A stretch of 64,000 bases of DNA, taken from contig CAWUKD010000002.1 in assembly GCA_963922815.1 (NCBI GenBank), forward strand, positions 2,128 through 66,127, in the 5' to 3' direction. Positions within the stretch are counted from its first letter, which is position 1. Every line of letters begins with the position of its first letter. The notes beneath the pieces are model-generated. The model worked only from the letters and a program-made list of their open reading frames with translations. It was not told the DNA's origin and did not search any database. Positions 27,952-38,059 of the stretch are shown here, one piece after another. The DNA is from an uncultured Gammaproteobacteria bacterium (lineage in GTDB: Bacteria > Pseudomonadota > Gammaproteobacteria > Steroidobacterales > SZUA-146). The position numbers and the translations under genes were made by a program.

Positions 27952-28709
27952 ACGCGGTAATCGTTCCGGCGTTTTTCGCGACGGCATTGCTGTATGCCAT
28001 GGTGGGATTCGGCGGCGGGTCGACCTATGCGGCCATTCTTTCACTCACCGATCTTGACTATACGCTGCTGCCGATTCTGGTTCTGGTGTGCAATCTTGTG
28101 GTGGTCAGCGGGGGCGTCTACCAGTATTGGCGTGCGCAGCTGATTGACTGGAAATTCGTGCTGCCGCTGGTGCTTGTGTCAGTGCCGTGCGCATTGATTG
28201 GCGGTGCCATGATCGTTTCCAGGCGTTACTTTCTGCTCACGCTCGGAGCGGCGCTGCTGGTGTCCGGTGTTCTGTTGATCTGGCGGCGCAACGAAGTGGC
28301 GGCGGATGACGGAATAACCCGAAACTGGCTGATCGCGGCGCCTGTACTGGGTGGTAGTCTGGGGTTGCTGGCCGGTCTGATTGGTATTGGTGGCGGTATT
28401 TTTCTGGCTCCGATCATGCATCATCTAAAGCTCGCGAGCCCCAAAAGGATTGCGGCTACGGCCAGCTTCTTTATCTTGGTAAACTCGCTGGCGGGACTGG
28501 CCGGACAATTGAGCAAGCATTCGATCGACAGTCTGGCCCTGGAACGGTTTGGCGCGTTTGTCTGGCTGCCGCTGGCGGTGCTCGTTGCCGGTCAAATCGG
28601 TAGCCGCGTGAGCGTACGGTTGCTGTCCGGACGATGGATAAAGGTATTAACCGGCGTGCTGGTGGTTTTTGTCGGGCTTCGCCTGCTGTGGCAAAACGGC
28701 CTGGGCTAA
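27948..28709 (+). CDS. TauE/SafE family anion exporter-like membrane protein
   Basis: 253 aa, about 8 TM helices, duplicated GxGGG motifs (MVGFGGGSTY, IGIGGGIFLAPIM). Its ATG overlaps the mobA stop (ATGA). Confidence 0.8.
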   Translation: MNAVIVPAFFATALLYAMVGFGGGSTYAAILSLTDLDYTLLPILVLVCNLVVVSGGVYQYWRAQLIDWKFVLPLVLVSVPCALIGGAMIVSRRYFLLTLGAALLVSGVLLIWRRNEVAADDGITRNWLIAAPVLGGSLGLLAGLIGIGGGIFLAPIMHHLKLASPKRIAATASFFILVNSLAGLAGQLSKHSIDSLALERFGAFVWLPLAVLVAGQIGSRVSVRLLSGRWIKVLTGVLVVFVGLRLLWQNGLG

Positions 28710-28723
28710 CTAATGAGGATCTG

Positions 28724-29233
28724 ATGAATCAACAATTCCTGACTATTGCAGTACTCACCGTTTCGGATACCCGAACGCTGGAAAACGATACTTCCGGTGA
28801 TTATCTGGAGCGCGCCTTGCAGGATGCGGGTCATCAGCTGGCGCACCGATTGCTGGTTAAAGATGACATTTACGACATTCGGGCAGTCGTCTCCGAATGG
28901 ATTGCGTCCCGCGACATTCAGGTTGTATTGATCACGGGAGGTACCGGTTTTTCCGGGCGCGATTCAACGCCTGAAGCGGTCATACCTCTACTCGACAAAC
29001 AGGTGGAGGGCTTCGGTGAAGTCTTTCGCCAGATTTCGCACACAGAAATTGGAAGTTCCACGATCCAGTCCCGCGCACTGGCGGGTCTTGCCAACCAAAC
29101 GCTGGTCGCATGCATGCCGGGTTCAACCGGGGCCTGCCGCACGGCATGGGCGAATCTGCTCAAAGAACAGCTCGACAGTACCCATAAGCCCTGCAATTTC
29201 GTGGGCATATTGCTGGCGGGGAACGGGTCCTGA
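28724..29233 (+). CDS. moaB: molybdenum cofactor biosynthesis protein B
   Basis: Start at ATG 28724 with GAGGA upstream. AVLTVSDTR....D.SG and VVLITGGTGFSGRDSTPEA motifs. Confidence 0.85.
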   Translation: MNQQFLTIAVLTVSDTRTLENDTSGDYLERALQDAGHQLAHRLLVKDDIYDIRAVVSEWIASRDIQVVLITGGTGFSGRDSTPEAVIPLLDKQVEGFGEVFRQISHTEIGSSTIQSRALAGLANQTLVACMPGSTGACRTAWANLLKEQLDSTHKPCNFVGILLAGNGS

Positions 29234-29236
29234 TGC

Positions 29237-30457
29237 ATGAATGACCGCGTCTCGTTGAGTCTCGAAGACGCCTGGTCGCGTCTTGAGGCCGCGGTGCCTG
29301 CTGCACGACCTCGCATTGAGCGTGTGCCGGTTACGGAGGCTAACGGACGAGTATTGGCCGAGCTGGTCACTGCTCGCGCTGATTCACCGCCTGCGGATAA
29401 CTCGGCGATGGACGGCTTCGCACTGAACTCGAAAGACGTCCGCACCGGTCAGTCACTCAACGTATCCCAGCGCATTGCCGCTGGAACGGCGCCACACGCG
29501 CTTGAGCCCGGCACGGCCGCCCGAATCTTTACCGGAGCCGTTATACCTGACGGCGCCGATAGCGTAGTTATTCAGGAGAACTGCGACTTCAGCGATACTC
29601 AGGTGACGATTCGCGAGGGTTTGCGCGCCGGAGCCAACATTCGGCGCCGCGCAGGTGATATTTCGCAGGGTGACGTGGTCGTGGATGCACACACCAGGCT
29701 GCGACCGCAGGAAATGGGCCTGATTCTGTCCGCCGGCGTAGCCGAAGTTGCCGTCTATGCGCCTTTACGCGTTGGCGTCATCGCAACCGGTGACGAGCTG
29801 ATCGACGTGACTTCTCTTGAAGGCCCGGATTCAGGCGCGCCGGCGACCGGGAAAATTTTCGAGTCCAATTCACCCATGATTGCGGCACGACTGCAGGACC
29901 TCGGGTGTGTCGCTAGCCGCTACAGGGCGCGGGATACCAAAGTGGACACGATCAGCGTGCTGTCACGCGCGATCGATGAAAACGATATGGTGCTGACGAT
30001 AGGCGGCGTATCGGTAGGCGAAGAGGACCATGTGCAGGTCGCGCTCAATCACATAGGTCGCACTGAATTCTGGAAAATAAACATTAAGCCGGGCAAGCCG
30101 TTCTTGTTTGGAACCGCATCGGGCAAGCCGGTCATGGGTCTGCCCGGTAATCCCGTGTCGTCATTCGTCACCTTCCATCTGTTCTGTACGCCCTTTTTGC
30201 AGCAGCTTCAGGGTGGTCGGTTTACGCGACCCGTGCGACTGCCGGCCGTCGCCGGCTTTAGCAGTGACCGCGTCAGTGATCGTGTTGATCATCTGCGCGG
30301 GCGCATTGTCTCCTACAGTCCTGAACTGGTGGTTGAACCGGTCGGCACCCAGTCGTCTTCCATTCAGGGGGCCCTGTGCGCGGCCGATGTGCTGATCGTG
30401 ATACCGGTCAACACACCGGTGGCGGTCGGTCAGCCCCTCACCGTCATGCTGCTGTAA
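29237..30457 (+). CDS. moeA: molybdopterin molybdenumtransferase
   Basis: 406 aa with SPPADNSAMDGFA, IFTGAVIPDGADSVV and GGVSVGEEDH motifs. Confidence 0.9.
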   Translation: MNDRVSLSLEDAWSRLEAAVPAARPRIERVPVTEANGRVLAELVTARADSPPADNSAMDGFALNSKDVRTGQSLNVSQRIAAGTAPHALEPGTAARIFTGAVIPDGADSVVIQENCDFSDTQVTIREGLRAGANIRRRAGDISQGDVVVDAHTRLRPQEMGLILSAGVAEVAVYAPLRVGVIATGDELIDVTSLEGPDSGAPATGKIFESNSPMIAARLQDLGCVASRYRARDTKVDTISVLSRAIDENDMVLTIGGVSVGEEDHVQVALNHIGRTEFWKINIKPGKPFLFGTASGKPVMGLPGNPVSSFVTFHLFCTPFLQQLQGGRFTRPVRLPAVAGFSSDRVSDRVDHLRGRIVSYSPELVVEPVGTQSSSIQGALCAADVLIVIPVNTPVAVGQPLTVMLL

Positions 30458-30505
30458 GCTCGTTTGTCCGGGAGATGGCCGGCTCATCACCCGGAAGAAT
30501 CGACC

Positions 30506-31051
30506 CTATTTAAAGTTGACGCCTGACGTCTCCGCTACAAGAGCTGGTCGGTAGTTGATGACCTTGGTGCCTGCAATCAGGTCGTGCAGGCAGCGTTTGT
30601 CGTCCCGGAAAATAAACAGCGCATTCACCAGGCCGGCGAGTTGGCCAATGCCGGGTACCTGGCTGACCAGCCACAAGGGTACGTAACGCTGTCCTATGAG
30701 CTTGCCAAGCGGCAGGAGTTGCTCGCTGTCCACCGATACGATTTGCGTACCCATCAGCAGTTTGCCGACGGACTGCCCCTTCTTTTTAAGCAGGTGAGCG
30801 TTGATGGCCAGAAACACGACAATCCCCAGAACGGCCAGCAAAATAACTTCGGCAAAAGACTGGGTTCCGCTGGCTGCCCGGTCGATGTAGCCGGTCATGA
30901 AGATCAGCGGCAGCGTAACCAGACCGATAAGCAAGCCGTCTATCAGCGCGCCAAAAAACCGCTTCCACCGTGAGGCGAGTTCTCCAGGAGCATGATCACT
31001 CGATGTAATATCAGCATTGGGTGGTGTGTACGGATTTTCGGTAGTCATCAA
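30506..31051 (-). CDS. RDD family membrane protein
   Basis: RWKRFFGALIDGLLIG, TM helices, and C-terminal RCLHDLIAGTKVI. Confidence 0.7.
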   Translation of the reverse strand: MMTTENPYTPPNADITSSDHAPGELASRWKRFFGALIDGLLIGLVTLPLIFMTGYIDRAASGTQSFAEVILLAVLGIVVFLAINAHLLKKKGQSVGKLLMGTQIVSVDSEQLLPLGKLIGQRYVPLWLVSQVPGIGQLAGLVNALFIFRDDKRCLHDLIAGTKVINYRPALVAETSGVNFK

Positions 31052-31209
31052 ACCTCTCCCGGGGCGTTGGTAAAATGTTGGCAGGCAATTATGACGGCGC
31101 CGCCCGCAGCGTTCGGGTCAGCGCGCCGGTTGTGTATGTTTTCGAACTCTGGCAGCCGCAGTAGCGGCATACCAGGCGAATGCCGTGCCCGAGCAACGTC
31201 GTTCAAGGG

Positions 31210-32538
31210 TTACCCCGTGGCGAACGTATGATCCGGGTTTTCAAGCATTTCCTTAATGGCCTGAATAAAGGCCGCGGCATCGTATCCGTCGACAAACCGG
31301 TGATCGAACGACGCAGATAAATTCATCATGCGACGAATGTGGATGCCACCGTTGACCACCATAGGTCGGTCCACGGCCCTGTTTACCCCGATGATCGATA
31401 CCTGTGGTTGATTGATAACCGGCGTCGATGCGATGCCGCCGAGTTTGCCGAGGCTCGTCACGGTAATGGTTGAGCCGGTTAACTGTGCTTTTGAGGCGGT
31501 GCCGTCGCGGGCGGCTTCGGCCGCCATGCCAATGGCCTGGGCCAGTTCAGGTAGCGACATGGCTTCGGCGTGGTGCACCACCGGTACTTTCAGGCCGTCC
31601 GGCGTCTGGGTGGCCACTCCGGCGTGCACCGGTTCATGCTGCACAATTACGTTGCGCTCTTTGTCGTACAGCGCGTTGCATTGGGGAAAGCGCGCCAGCG
31701 CTTTGGCGATGCACTGAACGAGCAAAGGCAGGTACGAAAACTTCAGATTGTACTGCGCGTACTGCTGATTAAGCGTTTGTCGAAATCGCTCCAGTTCGGT
31801 GATATCGATTTCTTCGATGTATGAAAAGTGCGGAATTTCAGATTTGCTGGCGCTCATTCGCTGGGCAATGACCCGGCGCATGCCAATAACCTTGATTTCC
31901 TTGGCTCCAACGCGTTTGCGCGGCGCGATGGGAGCAGGGCCACGTTTGAGCTTGGCCAGATGGGCGTCGAAATCGCTTCGGAGTATGCGTCCGCGGGGGC
32001 CGCTGCTGCTTACGGTGGCAAGATCAATGCGGTGCTCTCTGGCCAGTCTTCGTATGACCGGTGACGTCAATACCTTTGCCGAGGTAATGCTCTCCGGAAT
32101 GCCGGCAGGCGCAGGGGCCGGCGGCGCATCGTTGGTGTGGTTGACAGCGGGAAGAGGTGGCGGTGCCGGAGCAACCGGTATTGGCGCAGCGGGTGCCGCT
32201 TTCTGCGGGGCTGCCGGTCGATCTGCCGGAGCGGCGGGTTTGGCCGATTCCGTGGCGGGGGCGGGCGTCGATTTTCCGGTTGATCCGGACGCCGTGCCCG
32301 ACGTGTCGAATACGACCAGCGGGGCGCCAACGGCGATGATGTCGCCGAGTTCGCCGCCTAACCGCACGATGGTTCCGGTGACAGGTGCGGGTACTTCAAC
32401 GGCCGCTTTGTCCGTGAGCATGTCGGCTACGGGCTGGTCTTCCTTGACGAAGTCTCCGACTTTAACGTGCCATTCGGATACTTCGGCCTCAACGGTTCCT
32501 TCTCCGAGGTCGGGTAGCGTAAAAATGTGTTCGCTCAT
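31210..32538 (-). CDS. bkdB: branched-chain 2-oxoacid dehydrogenase E2 (dihydrolipoyl transacylase)
   Basis: Lipoyl domain (DMLTDKAAVEVPAP), a Pro/Ala linker, a subunit-binding domain (SPVIRRLAREHRIDL) and the catalytic DHRFVDG motif. Confidence 0.9.
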   Translation of the reverse strand: MSEHIFTLPDLGEGTVEAEVSEWHVKVGDFVKEDQPVADMLTDKAAVEVPAPVTGTIVRLGGELGDIIAVGAPLVVFDTSGTASGSTGKSTPAPATESAKPAAPADRPAAPQKAAPAAPIPVAPAPPPLPAVNHTNDAPPAPAPAGIPESITSAKVLTSPVIRRLAREHRIDLATVSSSGPRGRILRSDFDAHLAKLKRGPAPIAPRKRVGAKEIKVIGMRRVIAQRMSASKSEIPHFSYIEEIDITELERFRQTLNQQYAQYNLKFSYLPLLVQCIAKALARFPQCNALYDKERNVIVQHEPVHAGVATQTPDGLKVPVVHHAEAMSLPELAQAIGMAAEAARDGTASKAQLTGSTITVTSLGKLGGIASTPVINQPQVSIIGVNRAVDRPMVVNGGIHIRRMMNLSASFDHRFVDGYDAAAFIQAIKEMLENPDHTFATG

Positions 32539-33554
32539 GCCGATTCCTTCATGACTTTTTTAATGGCCGCCATGATGCGATGCGGGCCAGGAAAATACTC
32601 CCACTCGAACGCATGCGGGTAAGGCGTGTCCCAGCCGGTAACTCGCTGGATAGGGGCCGACAGGTTCCAGAAGCAGCGCTCCTGAATTTGTGCGGAAAGC
32701 TCGGCGCCGAATCCGCTGAAGCGCGTGGCCTCATGAACGATCAGGCAGCGGCCGGTTTTCTGTACCGACTCAACGATGGTTTCGATGTCCAGCGGTAACA
32801 TGCTGCGCAGGTCGATAATCTCTGCATCAAGATCGTTGTCACGTACGACGGCTTCACACACATGGACCATGGTGCCGTAGGTGATAATGGACAGGTCGCT
32901 ACCGGGGCGTACAACATCCGCTTTGCCAATCGGGACCGTGTAGTAGCCTTCGTCGACCTCACCTTTCGGATGGTTCGCCCACGTGCTCGCAGGCTGTTTG
33001 GGATCGCCGAAGAAAGGACCGTTGTAAACCCGTTTGGGTTCGAAAAACACGACCGGGTCGTCGTCTTCAATGCTCGCGATGAGCAGACCCTTGGCGTCAT
33101 ACGGGTTGGAAGGCATAACCACTTTAATGCCGCACACGTGGGTGAAGATGCCTTCCGGACTTTGTGAGTGGGTCTGACCCCCCCGGATGCCCCCACCGCA
33201 CGGTGAGCGCAGCGTCACAGGCGAATAAAAATCTCCCGCGCTACGGTAGCGCAGCCGCGCAAGCTCGCTGACAATCTGGTCAAAGGCGGGGTAAATGTAG
33301 TCGGCAAACTGGATTTCAGCGACCGGACGGAGCCCGTTCACGCCCATGCCTATGGCCGTGGCGACAATGCCGGCTTCGGAAATTGGCGTATCAAATACGC
33401 GCTGTTCTCCGTAGCTTTTCTGCAGTCCTGCCGTGCAGTTGAATACGCCGCCGAAATAACCGACGTCCTGTCCCATCACGACAACGGACGAGTTGCGTTC
33501 CATCATGACGTCCATGGCGGAATTAATCGCCTGGACCATGTTCATCTTTGCCAT
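32535..33554 (-). CDS. bkdA2: branched-chain 2-oxoacid dehydrogenase E1 beta
   Basis: 339 aa, transketolase-like pyrimidine-binding and C-terminal domains. It overlaps bkdB by 4 nt. Confidence 0.9.
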   Translation of the reverse strand: MAKMNMVQAINSAMDVMMERNSSVVVMGQDVGYFGGVFNCTAGLQKSYGEQRVFDTPISEAGIVATAIGMGVNGLRPVAEIQFADYIYPAFDQIVSELARLRYRSAGDFYSPVTLRSPCGGGIRGGQTHSQSPEGIFTHVCGIKVVMPSNPYDAKGLLIASIEDDDPVVFFEPKRVYNGPFFGDPKQPASTWANHPKGEVDEGYYTVPIGKADVVRPGSDLSIITYGTMVHVCEAVVRDNDLDAEIIDLRSMLPLDIETIVESVQKTGRCLIVHEATRFSGFGAELSAQIQERCFWNLSAPIQRVTGWDTPYPHAFEWEYFPGPHRIMAAIKKVMKESA

Positions 33555-33566
33555 CTGTATTGCCTT

Positions 33567-34808
33567 TTATTGGTTCTGTAGCTGACGTTTCAGTTTTTCG
33601 CGCTGCGCCACCAGATGATCGGGAATGTCTTTGTATACGTCGTCAAACATGGAATCGACGGCAAAGCTGCTGCCTTCTTCTGTCGTGCCATACGACAGGG
33701 CTTCCTGCCAGCTTGCGGCCATGGATGCATCGAGTTCGGCGATCGTGGAATCATGTTCTTCCTGCGTCCAGGCGCCGAGCCCGATCAAATGATTCTTAAG
33801 TCGTTCGACGGGGTCGCCCAGCGGAAAGTGTTCGTGTTCGTTTTTGGCTCTGTAACGACTCGGATCGTCGCTGGTTGAGTGCGCCGACGCCCGGTAAGTC
33901 ACGTGCTCGATAAGTGTCGGTCCGCCGCCGCTTCGCGCACGTTCCGCGGCCCACTCCGTGGCGGCGTAGACGGCGAGAAAGTCGTTGCCGTCGACCCGAA
34001 TGCCGGGCATGCCGTAGCCGGGGCCGCGGGCTGCAAACGGGCTGTCCTGACCGCCCGCGATACCCTGGAACGTGGAGATGGCCCACTGGTTGTTGACTAC
34101 GTTGATGATGCACGGCGCCTGATAGACGTTCGCGAAGGTCAGGGCATTGTGATAATCGGATTCAGCGGTGCTGCCTTCTCCGGTCCAGGTGACCGCAATA
34201 TGATCTTCGCCTTTAATCGCCGACGCCATGGCCCAGCCTACGGCCTGTGGCACCTGAGTGGTCAGATTACCGGAGATGGAAAAGATATTTTTTTCTTTCC
34301 AGTGATACATGATGGGCAACTGTCGGCCGCGGCACATGTCGCGGGCGTTGGACAGGCACTGGCACATCAGGTCGAGCACCGGACGTTCACGGGCGAAGTA
34401 GAGCCCCTGGTTGCGGTAGGTCGGAAACAGCATATCGCCGGTGCGCAGCGCCATGCCCTGTGCGACCGATACGGCTTCCTCGCCGCGTGACTGCACGTAG
34501 AAGGAAATTTTACCCTGTCGCTGGGCTTTGAGCATGCGATCGTCAAAGGCGCGCACGCTAAGCATCAGGTAAAGCCCGCGCCTGAGCTGTTCGATGGACA
34601 GTTCAGGGTTCCAGCTACCCTGGGCGACGCCATTTTCATCCAGCACACGGACGAGCTGTTTGGACATTTCCGTCGTGTCACCGGCTGCTACATCGAGCGC
34701 CGGCTTGTCGACGGCGCCGGCATTTGACAGTGTGAGATAGCTAAAATCAGGCTGCTCACCTGGTCGCGCTGGCGCTCCTGGAACACGCATTCGGGGTTTT
34801 TGAGACAC
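33567..34808 (-). CDS. bkdA1: branched-chain 2-oxoacid dehydrogenase E1 alpha
   Basis: 413 aa. The N-terminus RVPGAPARPGEQPDFSYLTLSNAG resembles Pseudomonas BkdA1. The TPP motif is GEGSTAESDYHNALTFA. Confidence 0.9.
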   Translation of the reverse strand: MSQKPRMRVPGAPARPGEQPDFSYLTLSNAGAVDKPALDVAAGDTTEMSKQLVRVLDENGVAQGSWNPELSIEQLRRGLYLMLSVRAFDDRMLKAQRQGKISFYVQSRGEEAVSVAQGMALRTGDMLFPTYRNQGLYFARERPVLDLMCQCLSNARDMCRGRQLPIMYHWKEKNIFSISGNLTTQVPQAVGWAMASAIKGEDHIAVTWTGEGSTAESDYHNALTFANVYQAPCIINVVNNQWAISTFQGIAGGQDSPFAARGPGYGMPGIRVDGNDFLAVYAATEWAAERARSGGGPTLIEHVTYRASAHSTSDDPSRYRAKNEHEHFPLGDPVERLKNHLIGLGAWTQEEHDSTIAELDASMAASWQEALSYGTTEEGSSFAVDSMFDDVYKDIPDHLVAQREKLKRQLQNQ

Positions 34809-35027
34809 GCGGTTACTCCTGCAGACAACTTAGTGTGCGAATACGTGGCGGCATTATGTGCGGCGCATGCAACTGCTCGCACGAGAAAGCGAGCACAGCG
34901 AACGTAATCGAAGACCGGACCGGTTGCGGTCCGAGCGAATCATTATAAATGAAACCAATTGGTCGTGCCGATTCTATTTGCGCTGGTTGGGTGGCTGATT
35001 CGGTCCGAAAATGATGCGGCGCAAAAA

Positions 35028-36356
35028 CTAACGCCTTGAAACCAGTGAGTAAACCCCGAACCCGAACAGAATTAACACCCCGCCCCAAATGGCTTCCATC
35101 GGTCGGTTCATGGCGATATGGACGATGGTCCACCCGGTCAGAGCCAGGAAAATCAGCGGTGTAGCGGGATAGGCCCACGCCGAGAACGGGCGGGGCTCGT
35201 CGGCTCGCCGTGACCGCAGCGCAAACAGGGCGATCACGGTCACAAAGGTGTTGAGCGCGAGCGTGAAGCCGCTAAATACCAGAATGGACTCGAAGGTCGC
35301 GGTCACGATCAGCAGCAGCGCAATCAGTGCCTGAACATAGATAGCGATATACGGAATGCCGTCTGAATTTGTCCTCGACAGCAGCGCGAACGGTTTGAAA
35401 TCTTCGCCGATCATCTGCAGAACGCGCGGGGCGGCCAGAATCATCGCGCTGGCTGTAGAAATCAGCAGCAGCGACAGCAGTGCGCTGGCAATACGGGCCA
35501 CGTTCTCACCAAACGCATAGTCAGCCGCGACATAAACTATCTCGAGTTTCCCGACCATGGCCTCCTGAGGCGCAATGGACAGGAAGGTGTAGTTCACCAG
35601 CAGGTAGATGAGTGTCACCACCACGGTCCCCGCCGCCAGAATACGAGGCAGCGATTTCTGCGGGTTTTCGAGCTCGCCCGAAAAGTACGTGGCGGCGTTC
35701 CACCCGGAGTATGCGTAGCTGACGTAAATCAAAGAAACAGCAAACGCGCTGCTCACCATGACGTTCGGATCATGAATGGTGGGTGCAAACGTGGTGGATT
35801 GCACGGGAGTTGCAAAATACAGCGCGGCCAGGCAGCCGCCTACCAGCATGGCCAGCTTCAGCAGCGTAAAGACCCATTGGGTGTTGCCGCTACGCTGCCG
35901 TGAGCTTGAGTGCAACAGCGCCAGGGCAGTAACCAGCAGGCACGCCGAAAATGTGGCCGGTATTTCGGGCACGACGAGATTGAGATACTTGCCAAAGGTG
36001 ATAGCCACCAAAGCCGTCGGCGCCGCGAAACCAATCGTGGCCGACACCCAGCCGGATACGAAGCCCAGAGACGGATGAATGGCAGCTGAGAGAAAATTAT
36101 ATTCGCCGCCAGATCGAGGTAGCCGCGCGCCAAGTTCTGCGTAGCACAGGGCGCCGCAAAAGGCGGTAAGCCCGCCGAGTGCCCAAAGCATCAGCAGAGC
36201 GAACCCCGAAGTGATGCCGGCAAGCTGAAATCCCAGCGAGGTGAATACGCCGGTGCCGATCATGTTGGCGATGATCACCGCGGTGGCAACGCGGGGCGTG
36301 AAATAGCGGTGTTGCCGGTCTGAGCTGATCGATTGGGGTTCGTTAGACGGCTTCAT
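35028..36356 (-). CDS. APC superfamily amino-acid permease
   Basis: About 12 TM helices with an N-terminal IIANMIGTGVFTSLG motif. ATG 36354-36356 is preferred over the upstream TTG. Confidence 0.8.
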   Translation of the reverse strand: MKPSNEPQSISSDRQHRYFTPRVATAVIIANMIGTGVFTSLGFQLAGITSGFALLMLWALGGLTAFCGALCYAELGARLPRSGGEYNFLSAAIHPSLGFVSGWVSATIGFAAPTALVAITFGKYLNLVVPEIPATFSACLLVTALALLHSSSRQRSGNTQWVFTLLKLAMLVGGCLAALYFATPVQSTTFAPTIHDPNVMVSSAFAVSLIYVSYAYSGWNAATYFSGELENPQKSLPRILAAGTVVVTLIYLLVNYTFLSIAPQEAMVGKLEIVYVAADYAFGENVARIASALLSLLLISTASAMILAAPRVLQMIGEDFKPFALLSRTNSDGIPYIAIYVQALIALLLIVTATFESILVFSGFTLALNTFVTVIALFALRSRRADEPRPFSAWAYPATPLIFLALTGWTIVHIAMNRPMEAIWGGVLILFGFGVYSLVSRR

Positions 36357-36432
36357 CGTCACGGTTATATCACGCGATGTTGATAGTTTGGTAAACTTAT
36401 CAATCAACTCTTATTTTAAGGCAGTGCACACT

Positions 36433-36912
36433 ATGGCGATTAGCAAAGGCGAAAAAATTCCAGCAGTTACTTTGAAACATATGACGGACGAGGGACCGGC
36501 TGATATTTCGACCGCCGAGGTGTTTGGTGGCAAGAAAGTCGTTCTGTTCGCCGTACCAGGCGCATTTACCCCAGGCTGTTCGATGACGCATCTTCCCGGG
36601 TTTGTCGAAGCTGCCGCCGACATCAAGGCCAAAGGCGTAGACACCGTCGCCTGCATCTCTGTCAATGACGCCTTTGTTATGGGCGCCTGGGGTCAGGCGC
36701 AAAACGCCGACGACATATTGATGCTCGCAGACCCCGACGGGGACTTTGCAGACGCTGTGGGTTTATCGGTAGATCTGAGCCAGTTTGGCCTCGGCAAGCG
36801 CTCGTCGCGATATGCGATGATCGTTGAAGATGGTGTGGTCAGTAGTACACACATCGAACCTGAAGGCGGTATCACCGTTTCTTCGGCGGCTTCCGTGATG
36901 GAGCACTTGTAG
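36433..36912 (+). CDS. peroxiredoxin, Prx5 subfamily
   Basis: Start at ATG 36433. VLFAVPGAFTPGCS peroxidatic Cys motif; 159 aa. Confidence 0.85.
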   Translation: MAISKGEKIPAVTLKHMTDEGPADISTAEVFGGKKVVLFAVPGAFTPGCSMTHLPGFVEAAADIKAKGVDTVACISVNDAFVMGAWGQAQNADDILMLADPDGDFADAVGLSVDLSQFGLGKRSSRYAMIVEDGVVSSTHIEPEGGITVSSAASVMEHL

Positions 36913-36956
36913 TCACCACAGGCCGTTCAGGCCGCAGAGTAGCTGCTTTATCAGGA

Positions 36957-36986
36957 AAACCCGCTCGGCATGAGCGGGTTTTTTTG
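36957..36986 (+). terminator. rho-independent terminator
   Basis: AAAACCCGCTC-GGCAT-GAGCGGGTTTT hairpin with a T-run. Confidence 0.8.
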
Positions 36987-37117
36987 TGGGGATGACAGGT
37001 ATGCCCGACTAACAAAGGGCGCGCCGCTCTCGCGATCACGCCCTTCTGCGGGTAGTCACTCAGGATGGTATGCGGGTACAACCGGAGTGAGGTTACTCAA
37101 TCAGGCCCGAAGCGAGA

Positions 37118-37822
37118 CTATTTGGACGTTGTTACGCGCTCAATTTTCACGCGTGCAACCGGGTTGCGCCAGTCGTAGTCGGATGCTTTCAGATCCGCTT
37201 CTCCGTGAATCCCCGGGCTGACGCGAACGTAGCCTTCGCCACCCGCGTCAGGTGACGGTCCTTCGCCTCCGCACTGAGGGCCGGGAATGTTTGCGCACAG
37301 TTCATCATTCGGCTCACTGCCCGCGTCGTACCCGATCGCGGTAAAGTTCAGTGTTTGCCAGCGAAAACGCGGTGCGCGAACCGTGTTCAGTCCCACGAAA
37401 GAATCGTTGGTGGGCAAGAGCATTGCCGCCACGCTGATGTGATCAAACTCGAATGCGGTGTCCAGTCGAACCGTTACGCTTTGTCCGGGGCCCAGCAGGC
37501 CTTCGGTCGACTCCACGTCTCCCACCAGCTCGGGCAATGTACCGAGAAGTTCAGCGAAAGGTCCTGTAGCGCCGCCTTCTGCAAGAAGGGCCAGTTCGTC
37601 GCTGGCCGGCGTGCCGGTTTCAAACAGGCTGATGTCCTTTTTATGTGCCACGACAAGCAAGGGTGTAAAGGTGGTTGCGCTTATGTTGGTGACAGTGACT
37701 TCATAGCTTCGGTCGCTGCCGCTATTCCAGCGGTCGGCCGAAGCGCTAAGGGGTGACAGGGCCAGCGCCGTAAGGGCGACTGCGCCGAATTTCAAAAGAC
37801 CTGATCTGGCAAAAGTGTTCAT
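37118..37822 (-). CDS. secreted spondin_N domain protein
   Basis: Signal peptide. YEVTVTNISATTFTPLLVVAH, MLLPTNDSFVGL and GYDAGSEPNDE are typical of bacterial spondin_N proteins (recognised by eye). Confidence 0.65.
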   Translation of the reverse strand: MNTFARSGLLKFGAVALTALALSPLSASADRWNSGSDRSYEVTVTNISATTFTPLLVVAHKKDISLFETGTPASDELALLAEGGATGPFAELLGTLPELVGDVESTEGLLGPGQSVTVRLDTAFEFDHISVAAMLLPTNDSFVGLNTVRAPRFRWQTLNFTAIGYDAGSEPNDELCANIPGPQCGGEGPSPDAGGEGYVRVSPGIHGEADLKASDYDWRNPVARVKIERVTTSK

Positions 37823-38059
37823 GGGTACTCCCTGATAGTGTGTTTGAATGTCAACACACAGTCTGGCGCCATCAAATCACCCTGTAGTCACAAGAATTTA
37901 ACAAATTGATAAACGCGGGCGTGGTGACGTGTCTGGGGTTCCCGATGCCGTGCACAGAAAGGAGCAGAACGGGCTGGGCGTCCGTCATTGGTAAACGCCC
38001 CATCTGGCTACGCGTATTGTCCTGGCGTAATCCCTGTGCGCATTTTCCGGGTGCGATGC

